From NCBI GenBank assembly GCA_030704615.1, contig CM060733.1, positions 6,820,001 through 6,884,000 on the forward strand: a stretch of DNA of 64,000 nucleotides. The letters are read 5' to 3'. The notes beneath the pieces were generated by a model. That model searched no databases. It was not told the origin of the DNA and saw only the letters and a list, made by a program, of their open reading frames with translations. Within the stretch, counting starts at the first letter, position 1. Every line of letters begins with the position of its first letter. Made by a program: the position numbers and the translations under genes. The DNA is from Takakia lepidozioides (taxonomy: Eukaryota; Plantae; Bryophyta). This document shows, one piece after another, positions 13,040 to 26,640 of the stretch.

Positions 13040-13268
13040 TATTTATTTACCAATTCCCAGTGACAAAAAATACTTAAAATTAAATATCTCCCAAATTAGA
13101 CGTCCAAAAATGATGAAACCACCTCGATGCACCCTACTCAACGAGGGCTTTCCAGCGGTATTAAGAACCCAGGCGGAGGCCTTGTGGTTTGGGATATCTC
13201 AATGTGACAACAAAACAAAACAAAACAAAACAAAACAAACAAACAATCTTGCTTAATATATTAAAGAT
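13040..13268 (-). mobile_element. Non-autonomous repeat with a (TTTG/TTTTG)n microsatellite near its 5' end, Helitron-like
   Basis: Minus strand begins A|TCTTTAATATATTAAGC followed by the microsatellite; 3' CTAG/hairpin end not identified. Confidence 0.35.
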
Positions 13269-13630
13269 AGTTGTAGACCAAGTGAATGTGTAGTCAAGGC
13301 TACCTACTTCTACATTAAGGTTCAAGCTACTTTTAGTGTTAAGATAGTTATATATCCAAAAGAATGCTCAAGTTCTAATGTTAGGGTCCAAGTTTTTTTT
13401 TCAATCCAAGCTACTTTTAGCAAATTTAGGGTAATTGTAGATGAAAGTGCATGTGTAGTATTGGCGGTAAGGTCCAAGCTATTTTTAGCATTGAGATAGT
13501 TGTAGATCCAAGTAAAAATGTAGTCCTAACACTAGGGTAGAGGAAAGTAAAGTAAAGTAAAGTTTATTTAACAACCAGGTAAGGTCCAAGTTACTTTTAG
13601 CTGGTAGTTGTAAACCCAAATACATGCGTG
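13265..13630. repeat. Degenerate tandem repeat (AAGGTCCAAGCTACTTTTAGC...GATAGTTGTAGA), about 5 copies
   Basis: Direct inspection. Confidence 0.65.
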
Positions 13631-13654
13631 GTCCTTCTTGCCTTAAGGCATAGC

Positions 13655-13760
13655 CAAATAAAACCCCCTTTCTCAGCCATAGGGGGGCATACCACTAGCA
13701 GGCACCACAAGGGATTGAACTGAAGACCCATAGGCCAAAGCAGAGGGTCCAGCCATATAT
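13655..13760 (-). mobile_element. Degenerate SINE of the GAAAGGGGGTT family
   Basis: Minus strand has a B-box-like AGTTCAATCC and ATGGCTGAGAAAGGGGGTTTTATTT, shared with the SINE at 29151. Confidence 0.5.
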
Positions 13761-14869
13761 GTTTTTTGCTTACTAACAAACAGAAAACAGAAAGTGATAA
13801 TTAATGCAAAAAGTTGAAAAAGGAGAGAGTGAGGAGACGCCAGGCCGGGCTGGGTAAATGAGAGCCACTTCACCTTAACCCGTTGCATAGATTGTGCAAT
13901 GGCGAGGATGGAGGTGAAGGAGCAGTATCTAAAAACAAGGAGTAGGGACCTTCAAGCCCTTCAAGCTGGAAAAATATGTCTAATAAGATTGGGAATTTAA
14001 GAAATTCCATGTAATGTAACTTTAGTGAATTGTGAAATTGTTCTGTATGTATGTATTGTCTTAAATTTCAAATCACTTACGTGTGTTATATTGTAAAAAT
14101 CAGGTTGTTAAAATACCCCCCTGCATAGATTATCCTATTAAATTTTCATCCCCTCTGTAATTTATGACGTGATAAAAAATGTTAATTTTAAGTCTTACAA
14201 TTGAGTATTCTAATGGAATAAATTTCAAACCGGACATGCGACTGTAATAAACATAGGTACCCCTAAGTTGCGATTCATTGAAAAACTAACCCCCTTGGGC
14301 CTTTAGTATTTATATTTATGTCACTAAATGGTTTTGAAAGTCCCTTTTCAGTACAAACTTTTGATTGCAGTTCGTTTGCAGCTCGTTTTGCAGGTGGCGT
14401 GTTACATGTCTTACATGTCTGAGAGTACCCCCAGGTTAGAAGAGCTAACAATCTCTTGCAAGCTAGAGGAGTTGCTAGGGCATCATGGTGCTTGTAGTTG
14501 GTGTGGGCGACAGCCCGCAACACTTACATCTCAACAATACAATTGCTACTGGATGAACGCTATAGCCCTTGTTGTGCAAAACAATAGTTTGAGAGTAGAA
14601 CATTGTCAGATACACTGCTAATTTCTTGCCCAATAGCTCTGAAGGCTGAAGCCGAGGTGATTTGTTCCATGGCTACCAAGTGCTGTTCCTGCAAACAATT
14701 TTAACATTGAGAGACCGTAATTGTTCGGCATTACTCGGATTCAGCTTTTCGCCACTGCATGCTGTACGTATGAGTGGCACTGCGTGGCTGATGCTCCCTG
14801 CTCGCTTCTTGACATCCATTCTGCTGGGGAAGCCCAGTCTCACTGCCTTGTGGAACAGAGCTTGAGCTA

Positions 14870-15596
14870 TAATCTATGAATGAGGTCCAGTGGCTCTCGC
14901 ATGCTTGATGACTTCCCTTGGTGTGATTGCACTTGTTGTGATCCAGTGTCGTGGGCGATACTCATCGTTGCCGTGGATGTGAAATGTTATCGGGGTATGA
15001 AGGGATGGACGTTGCAACAGTGGTTCGGAATATAATACAATTCCACTATATATAGTTGATGGTATACCCTCGGTATACCAAATAAGTAATTAAACGTAAG
15101 AGAGAAGAGTGAAGAAGGTTGGCAGTCTCCACCTGGATGTTTTCAGCAAATTAGCTAGCATGCGGGGCAAACACTGAAACCAGTTATCACACTGTAGTAG
15201 CTGTCAACTAGTTCTATACACTTAAGGAATGTCACACGAGCCAAGTTCGTTTCTCCACCATAGTTCACACCTCTTGATTGTGCCATTTTAAAATTTGAAA
15301 TATCTGTAAGCCATTGCACATAAATTATGCAGACCCAGTCATGACCCGCTTCCAGTTCAGTCCGGCATGCCAGGATCAAGTGAAAATGTCCAATTGGTTC
15401 ATCTCTAGGGATTGGATCAGAGTGAAGAGGTAGCATTTAGTCTCGAACCCCGATTGCCACTTCCTGACTGTTAGACCAGCACCAGGTGGTCCCGCGAACT
15501 TCCACTCTAGCGGTCACCAACGTCAATGGCTATTGAAGTAATGATAAACAGCCACGGGACTCAAAATAGAACATATCTTCGGATGATATATGCCAT
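14870..15596 (-). pseudogene. Pseudogenised third copy of the secreted-peptide gene
   Basis: Same AATCAGCCG-ATGGCA start context; early TGA and frameshifts; exon 1 fused to exon 2 by deletion; last-exon remnant GNDEYRPRH at ~14945-14975; upstream non-coding blocks (15600-15900) also homologous. Confidence 0.7.
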
Positions 15597-16253
15597 CGGC
15601 TGATTAAGCTCTGAAATCTATTTTAAGATGAGATCTTCGTGACTCCTCTGTAGTTGACATTACTACAATTTAGCGAATACATATTGTAGTCGGAATCTGG
15701 CCTCTTCCGATCAGCGTCTTAGGGCCAGCTCTTGCTGATCAACGATGGTTGGTTTTATCAGACAGATTGCAGACGTGTCTACTTGTTGGTGGGCACGACT
15801 GCGTACTACGAGGAAATACCGTGCGCCAGTCCTCTCTCACAAACAGATCACCAAGAACAGGGTGTCACCATAGACCAGAAGGGTTTGAAGGAGAGATTCA
15901 GGCCACCAAAAAATTCTGCTCAAGTTGCGTCTCTCTCTCTCACAAGAAGGATTATAAAAAAGAAAGAGACATCTTCTATCCACGGGAAGGTCAAAGAGAT
16001 CTCTTATATGGGTCAGACATATTGATAGATAAGAGTGCCAGGAAAATATTCTGCTGTTTCTTTGGGCCATGCACAATATACCATCTGCTAATATCAGGTA
16101 ACTCGAGAGTATATCCTTGTCCAGTGTTTATTTACCACATGTGTCTATACTCAAGTCATGTCATAGTCGTGATAACATGGCGAAACATGTGGAGCTCTCG
16201 ACAGTTCCAAGTTAATTAGATCGTGACGCCAACCCTTATGCCCCAGTGCGAAG

Positions 16254-17495
16254 CTATGGAGCCGCCGGTGCAGGAGGAGGGTAATGAACACCTGGGGCTT
16301 TAGGTGCTGGAGGATGACCAGTTGGGACTCGCAGTCGAATTCCTCCATATGTCCATAGGATCCGGGGTCGTGGGCGGTGCTCATTACCCTGTGAAGAGAC
16401 AAGTTTGTATATCAAGTAAACATGAGTTGTTACCGAATCAGTTCAGGTTCGGTATGAATCCACGTAAGTGCAATATTAGAGACCCTCTGAAGTCATTCCT
16501 TTCAGCTCTTACTTGTATCTTTCCAACTCTAAAATATCTTCGGTGGAGTTATCCATTATCTACCATTGCAGTAAGTTTCCATCTCCTTCAATCACGATGA
16601 AAAATACTATACCTTTTAGTAGATGCTGCCAACACATAACTTAGTTTTCAACAAATTAGCGAGGCAAGACTGAATCAAGTTGTAGCTACTCCTGAGTTCA
16701 AGCACCTTGTGTTAGTTGTTAGCTCTGTAATTCTCTCATTTAGGAATGTGCGGACGAGCCAAGTTCGTTTCTCCACGACGATTGACGACTGTCGAATTTA
16801 CTGTTTCAAGATGGATCCATCTAGAAACCAATGCATTGTACATGATTAATGCAGACCAGTCATGACCTACTCCCAGGTCACTCTAGACTTGTCACAACTA
16901 ATGGATCATAGGTCTAGGGACTGGTCAGAGGGAAGAGATAGCATTTACCAGAGAAGTCTCCAACCCTATCGGCCATTTATTGACTTCAGAACCAGGTGGC
17001 GCGCAGCCCTTTTCTACTGAATCTGCAAATCCTCCCAGAAATTGTGGGAACATAGGTTTTAGAGATTATGTCAACATACTTACAAACGACAGAGAGTATA
17101 ATTGACAAGAACTCCCCTATCAAGCATATTAAACTATCAAGTATAATAAACCATGGTGCTCGAGGTCGACTAGTTAAACTGTTGTTGTTTCGGTATAAAG
17201 TTTAGCGCTCACCAAGGCATCCTGGACAAATTCAAGTTTATTGATCAACCAACATCTAAAGCATCCATTGATCATCCACAATTCCGTAGTCTCATTGTGT
17301 GAAAAACACGATCCAGCAATATATCTTTATCTTGGATTATGCACCTAGACAGTGGATCATGTCAAGCTGGGCCACGACGTGGAGACGACGTGGTAGAGAC
17401 TTAGCTGCAGTGGCAGCGACCACCAAGGCCGGCGAATTGAAGCTTATTATGAGCAACCACGAGAGTAAAACTGCAGCATGGATAACGACTGCCAT
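16254..17495 (-). CDS. Small secreted Pro/His-rich peptide precursor, paralogue B (predicted 119 aa; exons 17495-17345, 17022-16949, 16388-16254)
   Basis: MAVVIHAAVLLSWLLIISFNSPALVVAATAAKSLPRRLHVVAQLDMIHCL-DSVEKGCAPPGSEVNKWPIGLETSL-GNEHRPRPRILWTYGGIRLRVPTGHPPAPKAPGVHYPPPAPAAP*. GT-AG sites conserved; exon 2 is 74 nt in both paralogues; indels preserve the frame. Confidence 0.75.
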
Positions 17496-18689
17496 CGGCT
17501 GATTGCAGAGGACTGAATTTCTGATGTGCTGAACTTTGATCTCCGTGGTTGCTCAACGGTTAAGACTACTCTAGACAAGAACAAATTGAAATTAGCCTGA
17601 ATATGCAGGCTCTTCAGTGTGCTGGCGACAGCTCTAGCAGTTGTTGGTCAACAATGGTCGGTTTATCACAGATGATTTCAGAAATGTCTACGTGATGGGT
17701 GTGCACGACTGTTTATCATAAATGAACACTGTCCACCAGCCTGATCTCTCTCTCTCTCTTTCTCTCTCACACACACATACAGGAAGATTGACTCCTGAGG
17801 AACCCCACGAGAGTTAGAACCCGTAAATAAGTGCTCGAGCGTAAAAGATTTGAGTGAGAGAATATATAGGCATTGAAAACAAATTTCCTTGCCTCATCTC
17901 TCTCTGACGCACACAACAAGAGCTTGCCGTGGAAGTTATAAAATTTCTTTCTTTCTTTCTCTCTCACGCACACAGACAAAAAAATTAGACCTCGAGGTGC
18001 TGTGGTTCTTGACCTAGAAATACTGGTTGAAGAAGCGTACATGAGACAGAAGAGGAAAAGGGTGCACCACATCACTCTTGCAGCACTACCACAGAGGCCG
18101 CCCTCATCCAATTTGTATGCAGCTCTAACAACCTTGTACCTGCAGGAATCATCCAGGTCATTGCCTCCCTGCATGCTCGTTGGCCCCATCGACCCGAAAG
18201 CGCGGTCGCCATAAGTCAGCGTCGAGAGCGCGTTACTTCCTAGGCTTTCATTCACTTTCCTCTTGTCAACAGACTGGAATCCATGTCGCTATTTTTAGTC
18301 GCCACAAAGTGTTGCACCTGGGGAACTAGTGATACACTACAATGGAACTTTACGGTCACATGGGTCTCTGCCAGTCCACCCGAGCTCGAGCGTCGTAGAT
18401 CCGTTGAATCACTCAACTTCCAGACCTTGTAACCTGTTTCAATAAGAAGACTTTTGTGGCTGATGACGATCACTGACATGAGGGGGATTGATCACGAACT
18501 TTTTGCATCACATCTCCACTGCGCTGTAGCTTCCCAGCAATTCTATGCGGATCTCACAATACTTGCTTTGCAAGCAACGACACGCACAATGCACTCAGAC
18601 GTATGCTAGCCTTCCTTGGTATAGGAATTTTCAGGGTATCACAGTCATACATCGTAACTTTAGTTTTGATGCACACACACCTTATATAC

Positions 18690-19190
18690 TCTTTTTTGTG
18701 TGGCTTTTTCCAAGGAAACACCAGCCCCAGCAACTGGGCTTTGAGGGGGAAAATAAACCCCCTCTCTAGGCCATGAAAACAAACCAGACATGGACAGACA
18801 TTTGACAGGGGCTTGAAGTTTGAAGTTTTGAACCCCCCTACCCACATGCCAATGCACAAGATATTTTACCAATGGCTGTTCAAGCACTCATTTCCCTTTC
18901 ATGTATATATATATATATATATATCTTTTTTATTTTATTTTAAGGGACACACCTGGGAGCAACAGCTCACAAATCACCTTGATAGTGAGAGGAGAAAATA
19001 ACCTCTTTCATAGTAACCTAGCCGTGAAGGTTTTCTGATATAGTTTCCAAGGAATTTATAGAACTAATGTCAACAGCAACAGTAGCAACTTTTTTTTCTC
19101 TGTTTAGAAAAAAAAAAAACCGGGAAGGACTGCTCACACTCAGGCTTTTTAAGGAGGCGGAAAATTTAACCCCCTTTCATTGAAGTCATT
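18690..19190 (-). mobile_element. Cluster of three head-to-tail SINE copies/fragments (~18690-18885, ~18925-19015, ~19090-19190)
   Basis: Each shows the (G)AAAG(G/A)GGTT(A)ATTTTC..CCTC..GCT..CCCAGG motif followed by an A-rich tail on the minus strand; the first also has a B-box-like GGTTCAAAAC. Confidence 0.65.
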
Positions 19191-20574
19191 GGGCACACGA
19201 GGAAAGGTCACCCCAGACTGACCAGTAGTCCGTTTCGGGCTTTTGGGTTTAGAAAAATCTGAATAACTTTTTGCATTCTCCATGGAATATATATATAGTG
19301 TTCTTGGGCACCTGGCACACCAAGATTCATTGCCCGATTGCCTCGGATCTGCCAAGTTGCAAAGAGGTCTCATCAGGCAAGAGGGGGGGTCACGATTTGA
19401 TAAAGGTAATTCTAGTTGTTTCATTCTTCACAAGTGTGTGAGAGAGGGAGAGAAACATGGGATTTTTCCAGGTTTGACCAAGTGGCAACATCACATGCAT
19501 TGCCAAATTGGATACTTTTTGGCTTGTTGGATGAGGGATCTCAAGGGGATGAAACCTTGCTAATTTCGCTTCAATCCCATTTGATCCCTTCACTCAAATC
19601 TTTAAAAAATTACCAACTACTTTGGGTTACCTTTGCCTAGTGTTTCACGGCTTGGATCATATTTTTTTGGTTTTGGATGTTGTAAAATATGAAATTTGAG
19701 CTTCGACCAATATATTTGAGTGACAGGTTGATTTTTCTTGCTTCTACCTCCCACATATAAATGTGATAAAGTATCGTGGCCAACTACTGTGAAATTTTTA
19801 AATATTTGTTTTTATTAGGGTCCTTTGTATGTGTTTAAGGGGGGGTCAAAATGACCTCCATAGCTTGGCAACTCAAGATGAGCCGATTGCAAAAATTGAC
19901 TTATTTGATAATGAGATGTTTCACTCAATCCCTCCGGCGAGGGTGTGGAATAACCACAATAGTAAGCCCGATCAAAAAAACATTTCTAGATCCAAGTGTA
20001 GAATTTACAAAAGTTGCCACTCTAGTGAGCCTAACTGTGGGCCAATTATGTCTCGCCACCGACAATCAGCTCTGTATGGCCCCTCCTACATGCTCCAGTT
20101 TTATGACCGCCTGCGTTTTGTTGAAAATCTACAGGTCCCAGAATTTGCTAGAAAATACTAGCTTCAATGTGACAAGGTCGGCCACGTTGTCATAAGTTTA
20201 AATGCAGTTGGAACCATTAAAAAATATCAAAATCTGCAAGAAGTACAAAGAAAATTCTACTTCCTTAAAACCGGAAAAGGTCTACTGGGCCCTTAACCCT
20301 TAAACGCCCAGCGCCATAGTTTGACTTTTTCAGAAAACATGACCCCTTAAGTGAATAAAAGGTGTAACTCTCAAAAAATTAACTTTTTAAAGAACTTGAC
20401 CGCACATTAGGTGCGTACCTTCCTCCTACATCCACCTGCCGAATTCGAGGCCAATCAGCCCCAGATCCACAAAATACCACAGTTGAATGTGGCCCCATTA
20501 TTGGGGCCTTTTGAGAAACATATCCACATGGAGCCTTGAATTAACCAAATTGTAGTACAGGGTATAACTAGCTG

Positions 20575-20826
20575 CACTAACATATACTCATACCTACCTC
20601 CATTGGCCATGAACTCACCGCAATACTGCTATCGGGACCATGTTATTCCTCCATATACCCAGACTGGTATGGTATGTGTGCGGGGAATCCTAAAGCCATA
20701 CTCCCCCAGTACGTGTATCGCATGGGTACACTGGTTCTTTCATACCCGACTGGTATGTTCTTCAATATATATATTCATACCTGTATTCCATACCTAGGTT
20801 AAACCAAGTATACCAGTCCAACACTG
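20575..20826 (-). mobile_element. Partial hAT MITE related to family A (one TIR only)
   Basis: Ends ATACCAGTCCAACACTG at 20826; ATACC/GGTAT motifs upstream; other terminus not found. Confidence 0.6.
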
Positions 20827-21049
20827 ATAGAGACCAAGGCTGGAATTATTTGTCTTTAGATTAATGCTATAAAAATCTCGGATGCACGAGCAGCCATAAA
20901 AATGCTTGCCCATTTTCTACATTTCACATCAACGTACAAACCAAGGCGAACAGCATGCTTGTTGTAATATGCTTTTATGTTTTATCTCAATTATAAAGAC
21001 TTGGCTCTTGTAAGAGTTTGGTGGTTGTGTAGATGTAATTCAAATTGCT

Positions 21050-21545
21050 CAAATCTACCTAACATTTGACTTAACTCTATAAGACTCCCTAAACAGCCTC
21101 ATCAAAAAAGGTATATTGGTACAATGTATACTATTTATGCGTATTTATTTTTCCAGGTACCTTTTTATAAAAATATTGGACCGGCTATAGTTAGAGCCGG
21201 TCATCCAAGTGTGTAGTCAACACATCATAAATATGCAAAATTCAAAATACACGTACATGCCAAAAATTCATTATGATGCACATACTTTATATTAGATGTC
21301 AATAGCGTTTCATCTTGCATCATCCATGTCCAATGGTGGTTGATAATGATACATGTTTGTTTTCATTCAACTTAAAAGCCATCATCATTAAACATTAATC
21401 ATCATGTTTAATGTCTAAAACTTGCTTAATGTGTCAAACAAAGCCCAAGCCTATAATGACCTCATACTAACTCTCACTATACTACACTAACACACAGACT
21501 AATATGAGAGTCTCTCATGTTAGTTCTGGAATGTTATGAGTATGA
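21050..21545 (-). repeat. Uninterrupted inverted copy of the dispersed repeat that is split at 3130-3225 / 5720-6145
   Basis: Reverse-complement alignment by eye. Confidence 0.7.
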
Positions 21546-23858
21546 CTCTTATGCGCTTTTATCACTTTTGACGTTAGCATATTGAAAACACAATCCATTC
21601 TCGTGGTGATGTAGGATCATACAGGTGGGCTCTGTCCTTCAACTTAAACTGCACCCAACACCCACCACAAAATGCACATGAATCACCCCATAAAGACATA
21701 CATGACGAAATGACATTGAAAACAAGAGAATGAGGTACGTCAACTACAATTAAGAACTGAAAGTGTAGAGTACTTTTGGTATCATAATAATATCTGTGGC
21801 AGTGGCAGGGGGTTGTGGTTTGGGGGTTGGCTTTGAGGGCGCCACAATTGGTGCATTGCATGTGGAAGTATCCACAACAACCTTTGCAGCCTGCAAATGT
21901 CACGCCCAACACCTCTTAGCACTCACATTCAGCAAACAATGATCACGGTGACATAAGTGATAGCATCTAAGTGCATGGGGGCTCACCTCTAGTACGGAAA
22001 TTGTTGCAGGAGCAGGTGTCTCCTAGCTCAAGGCCCACCTGATCCTTACCCCACTAGAAGTTGATGTTAACTATGTCAGCAATTGCATCATTCATTTTCA
22101 TGGCATGACTGGCTCTGGTCACACGCTCGGGGTTTCGGGTGCACTTCTGGACAGCTATTTTCACGACTACTGGGGCAAGCTCCACTGCTTTGCTCCCCTT
22201 TTTACATGCCAGAAACAACATGAAACGACACATGAGTACTTACCAAGGGTGTTCACAAAGTGAGCATGGTAGCGAGGATGTCACGCACACCAATGCGGAG
22301 ATCATACACAGATGTAACAGAATCTCGTCAACCAAAAGCACTAAAAAATGGAACTACGTAAGTCTTTGATGACGTACCTCTTTCTGTAGGGAAGTTATCT
22401 TTACAGGAATATGAACATTCTCATTTGTCAATCCCCTACTGTCACCCTTACCAGCATTCTCAGTGGAGCACACGTCATCACCAGCACTCAGTGTTGTCCC
22501 ACCTCCACCTCCACCTCCTTTCTTACGTGGTAAATTTTCAAGATTTTCCTTGCGCCCGTAACGTACAATAATCACCATAGGGTCGTCAATGGCAGACTTG
22601 AGCTTTTCCCCAACTTCAAGAGCTTCTCCCTGCACCCGAGCAAAACACACCACGGTAGTTTATCTCCCACTCAAGAAACACTCAAAGGACGACCCAAGAA
22701 AAACATGGGGTGAACGTGCACAAACCTGCTCTTAATTGCACAATAGTTGTGCCTCCGTAGCATGCGTCATCCACTGGTTCGGTAGAAACAGATGTTGGGG
22801 TGGTGAGTGGGAGAGGGGGGGGGGGGGGGGGGGGGTGGGGTTGTTGATATTCCCACCATCATTGCCATCAATGGATCTAGTTTTTTGTTATTGTCTTCAG
22901 AAGCCCCAAATGTAAATTTTAAAATTGGACCTCATCACCAAGGTATTTTTGAAGATGCTCATGCAATATTTGAAGCTGATAATTTAGAAGATGTCACCGA
23001 CCATGAAAATGTAAGAGCTTGCTATTTGTATATTTATGTATCTTATTGTTTGAATGTTGCATCATTTTTGTAATGTCTGAGTTAATATGTATATTGTTTA
23101 TTGTTTAGTATGCATAGACTCGCGAAAGAAATGCAGCAACCACACCTAAGGATGATTACTTGTCATGTATAGAAGAGCCCAGTGCTCTTGCACTCGTTTC
23201 TCACACAATAGGGCCAAGGCTTTAGACTCAGCTCAAGATTTGGATAGTTGGTGATCAACAGAGGTGCAAAGACTATTATTGCTGGGCAATGAGGAGGAGG
23301 GTCGCTCAACTCTGATGAGAATATCCCAACATTGTATCAGAAAAATTCTCTGTCTTCAAGCCGCCCACAGTATTGGGCATAGATGGGAATGTCTGCAATC
23401 GTTCTTTGGACCGCTCTTCTGACTCCATATCCATGAAGGGCCGATAAATGGACAAGAGAAAGCAAACTGTATGTGTATTTTTCGTACAATGCCTTGGATT
23501 TCTTCGAGTTTATAAACTTTTGATGTATTAGTTTTCCTAAAGGAGGACCGGACGTAGAGTTTATTAAAGACCTGTCAATTTTTTTGTTTGTATCTATCGT
23601 GACCTTATTTAAAAAACAGATTACATCATGGTACTGGAGGGAATATACGGAAAGTACATCAGTTCAGTCAAATTTCTTGTTAGCATATAAATCTTGGTGT
23701 TAAAACCTCTAAAATCGACTTTAGCTAGCACCCCGGCCAAGAAGGATGATTAGGAAATGTAAAAGTTGTCGTTAAGACTGTTTTATCATAAAGATGATTT
23801 TTTTTTTCACTTTTGTCTTGGTAAACTATCATGCAACACTAATTACATATAATTTTTT

Positions 23859-24775
23859 TGTAACTCGGAAATGATTCGTTTTGCATCTGCGTTGAAGCAC
23901 ATATAATAGCGAAACGAGAGAGAACGAGGATCTGCTCGTTACTGTGCAAGTATTTGGCGTTTCGAAATCAAGCATTTGAAGATCTGACGTTCTTGAGGTT
24001 GGGGTCAGTGGTCCTCTTCACCGTATCTGATCACGTTTGGTGTCAAGGACATAGCCCAGAAGAACTTACCAGGAGTAAATACCAGAAGTTACTAAGTTAC
24101 TATATTACCGGAAATTACCATAAATTACTGTGATTTATCATGATCTACCATGATTTACCATTAGTTACCAAGTTATCGGCAGTTTACCAAATTACCGAGA
24201 GTAATTTGGAAAACTGCTTAGGAAGCTTCATTTCGAGGAAACTTTTCCATCAAGATACCTCATAAGGAAACTTCTCCATCAAGAAACCTCCATAGGGAAG
24301 CTTCTTAGGGAACTTCTTAGTAGCCAGTATATATAGGAGGCGAGACTGGACGCTCTTCAGTCTCGCCAACACAAGTTCAAGCTACTCTTGTTCCCAGTCC
24401 CAGTACTCCAGTCTAGTTTCCAGTACTCTAGTCCAGTTTCCAGTATCTGGTACCCCAATCCAATTTCCAGCATTCCAGTATTCGAGTCGAGTTCCAGTAT
24501 CTTGTACTCTTGTCCATTGTTATAAAGATCATATTGATTCATGTTTACCCATCATGTATTCGACCTTGACTTCTTGTCTAGTCTTGTACATCTAGTCTGA
24601 TTTCTTGTTTGTGTTCAGTCATGTTCTCATCCTTTATACTTGGTATAAAGCATACTTAGTCTTACTCCATATTTCTTTAAATGATGAACACGATGATTTG
24701 TATTTTCCAATACCGACCTTATTCTACCATATGAACTCTATACTGTGCCACTATTTATATACGATAAATGTTACA
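23859..24775 (+). mobile_element. Probable solo LTR
   Basis: TGTAAC...GTTACA terminal inverted hexamer; internal TATATATAGG at ~24328; TTACC and CCAGT internal repeats; no matching TSD (TTTTT vs ATATG). Confidence 0.5.
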
Positions 24776-24837
24776 ATATGATCTGTGTTCATAGATTTTT
24801 CTATTATCGATATGAAGCTAAAAATGTTCTTCTGATA

Positions 24838-25140
24838 AGGTGAGATGATCAATTTTGCTAAGGAAATGTACGTACAATTTGAGCTGTGGTCTGAGAAGAT
24901 ATGACAACACACTGCTAATTAATTGTTCATGCAAACATAATAAAATGATCATTTTTGTAGAGTTTTATATGTATAATTTGAGCTATGGTCTTCTCCAAGA
25001 GAGATGACAATAAACTGCTTAATTGTTCATGAAAACATAATGAGATGATCAAGTTTGCATGTTTCATATGTACAATTTGATCTGTGGTCGTCTTTCACAG
25101 AGATGACAATCAAATGTTTAACTTAATTGTTCAACTAAAC
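24838..25140. repeat. Tandem repeat, ~100-bp unit, 3 copies
   Basis: gagatgatca..tttgc...tacaatttgagctgtggtc...gatgacaa...ttaattgttca repeated. Confidence 0.8.
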
Positions 25141-25779
25141 AATGGCTATGATTTTCCCTCGAAGGCATTGTCTAGCTTTGATCCCAAACTCGTTAGATTG
25201 AATTGCAAGGATTTTGCCAAGTTATAGAGCATATAACTTCACTAAATTCAACCAACTAGTACGTGTCATGACACTCAGACAGTTAAAAGTTGAATTACAG
25301 CTTTAGAAATTACAAAGACTATACAACAAATTATGTGGACAATGTTATATTGTATGTTCTTCTCGAATATGCATATCCAAATTGTTCTGTGTGCAGCCAA
25401 TAGGCTAAGTTGCCATGAATAGACAGCTCCAGTACTTTGCGGCATAGCACCAAGCTGCTGCTGTTGCAGCTACTAATGTTCTTGCTGCCAATAACTCCAC
25501 AACTCCCAATCCATCTATTGTCACCACCAGCTCATCTCAATTCGTATGTAACATGCCCAAATTCTCTTACAGAAACTTCAAATATACAGTTACAGATCAG
25601 AATCAAGGGCCAGTGAGAATAGGTGTAGAAGGGCAAAAACTCCAAGATGTGCTTGAGCACCTAATTGGGATGAACGTACAATGAGACCAAAAGTCTGATA
25701 AAAGCAAAGCCAGCTGAGGCCATTTGAATTGCTAAAATAGTTGATCCTCGTGCCTAGTTTTAAACTATAGAATCTAAGT

Positions 25780-26640
25780 GACAAGTATATATTGACTTTA
25801 TAGCACAAGAATGGTATATTCAACATAGGCGAACTGCAAAGATGTGCAAAGACCGTTGGTCTTCTATCCACCATGATTTTAAGAAAATAACTGACCATCA
25901 TAAGCGTACTGGGACCTTTCCTTATTGGACCATGACCTCGACAGAGCGGGTAGCTGCAAAAGTGTCAACTACCTACAACATGATGTATTTTCATCTTCTC
26001 GAGGAATTCTTTTGCAAGATACTAGAGCTACAAACGATGATGTCTATAGACCAAATCCTTTGCACATACAACAAGGTTTGAGGATATTGAAAGACATATT
26101 GGACATATTTGACGTATTGGACTTGAAGACATATTGGACTTCAACACACAGTCACCAACACACGTAAGCTCACCACCACGTGTTACCTCACTTCTTGTTG
26201 CTGCACCTCTTAAACACAACTCATCACAACAAGTTGCCTCACCTCATGTTGCCCTAGTTCTGTCTACAGAACCAAATCTCAATTAGCCTATCACAAACAA
26301 TATTGCTCAAAATTTTGTGAATATTTTAAGCGAGACATCACGTCTTAGCTCACCTACAGTTGAACTCTCAGTCCCAACTGGATGAAGGCGACCAGCAAAC
26401 ACTAGTGTTAAGCGGAAGTGGCAGCGTGACCTCAATCCAATGATAGAGGCTCTAACCAAAGGAAACACCTCCATTGTTGAGGCCATGGTGAAGCAGACGG
26501 TGGTGCAAACGGAAATCAAGTATGCAACTATGGAAATTGAGGCAAGACAAATTGAGGCTGCCGCAAGACCATTGATGATAAATGACTGTTGCATGACTGA
26601 GAGATGGAGAAAGCACAGTGAAACGAGTTGAGGCTACTTT
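25780..26640 (+). pseudogene. PIF/Harbinger Myb/SANT (trihelix-like) DNA-binding ORF remnant
   Basis: CKDRWSSIHHDFKKITDHHKRTGTFPYWTMTSTER motif; convergent with the DDE transposase; frameshifts and stops. Confidence 0.75.

Noticed and set aside
16300-16340. Calling paralogue B a CLE gene from RLRVPTGHPPAP
   Set aside because: Lacks the GP(N/D)PxH(N/H) end of the CLE dodecapeptide, and paralogue A does not keep the match
15749-16600. Plus-strand ORFs of 97-156 aa
   Set aside because: Antisense to, or in the flanks of, the minus-strand peptide gene; not open in the paralogous copy
17767-18255. 162-aa minus-strand ORF as a gene
   Set aside because: The homologous frame at ~12180-12570 has stops and the ORF runs through microsatellite; more likely upstream or UTR sequence
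19835-20296. Kolobok-like TTAA-GGG...CCC-TTAA element
   Set aside because: TIR identity beyond 3 bp is poor
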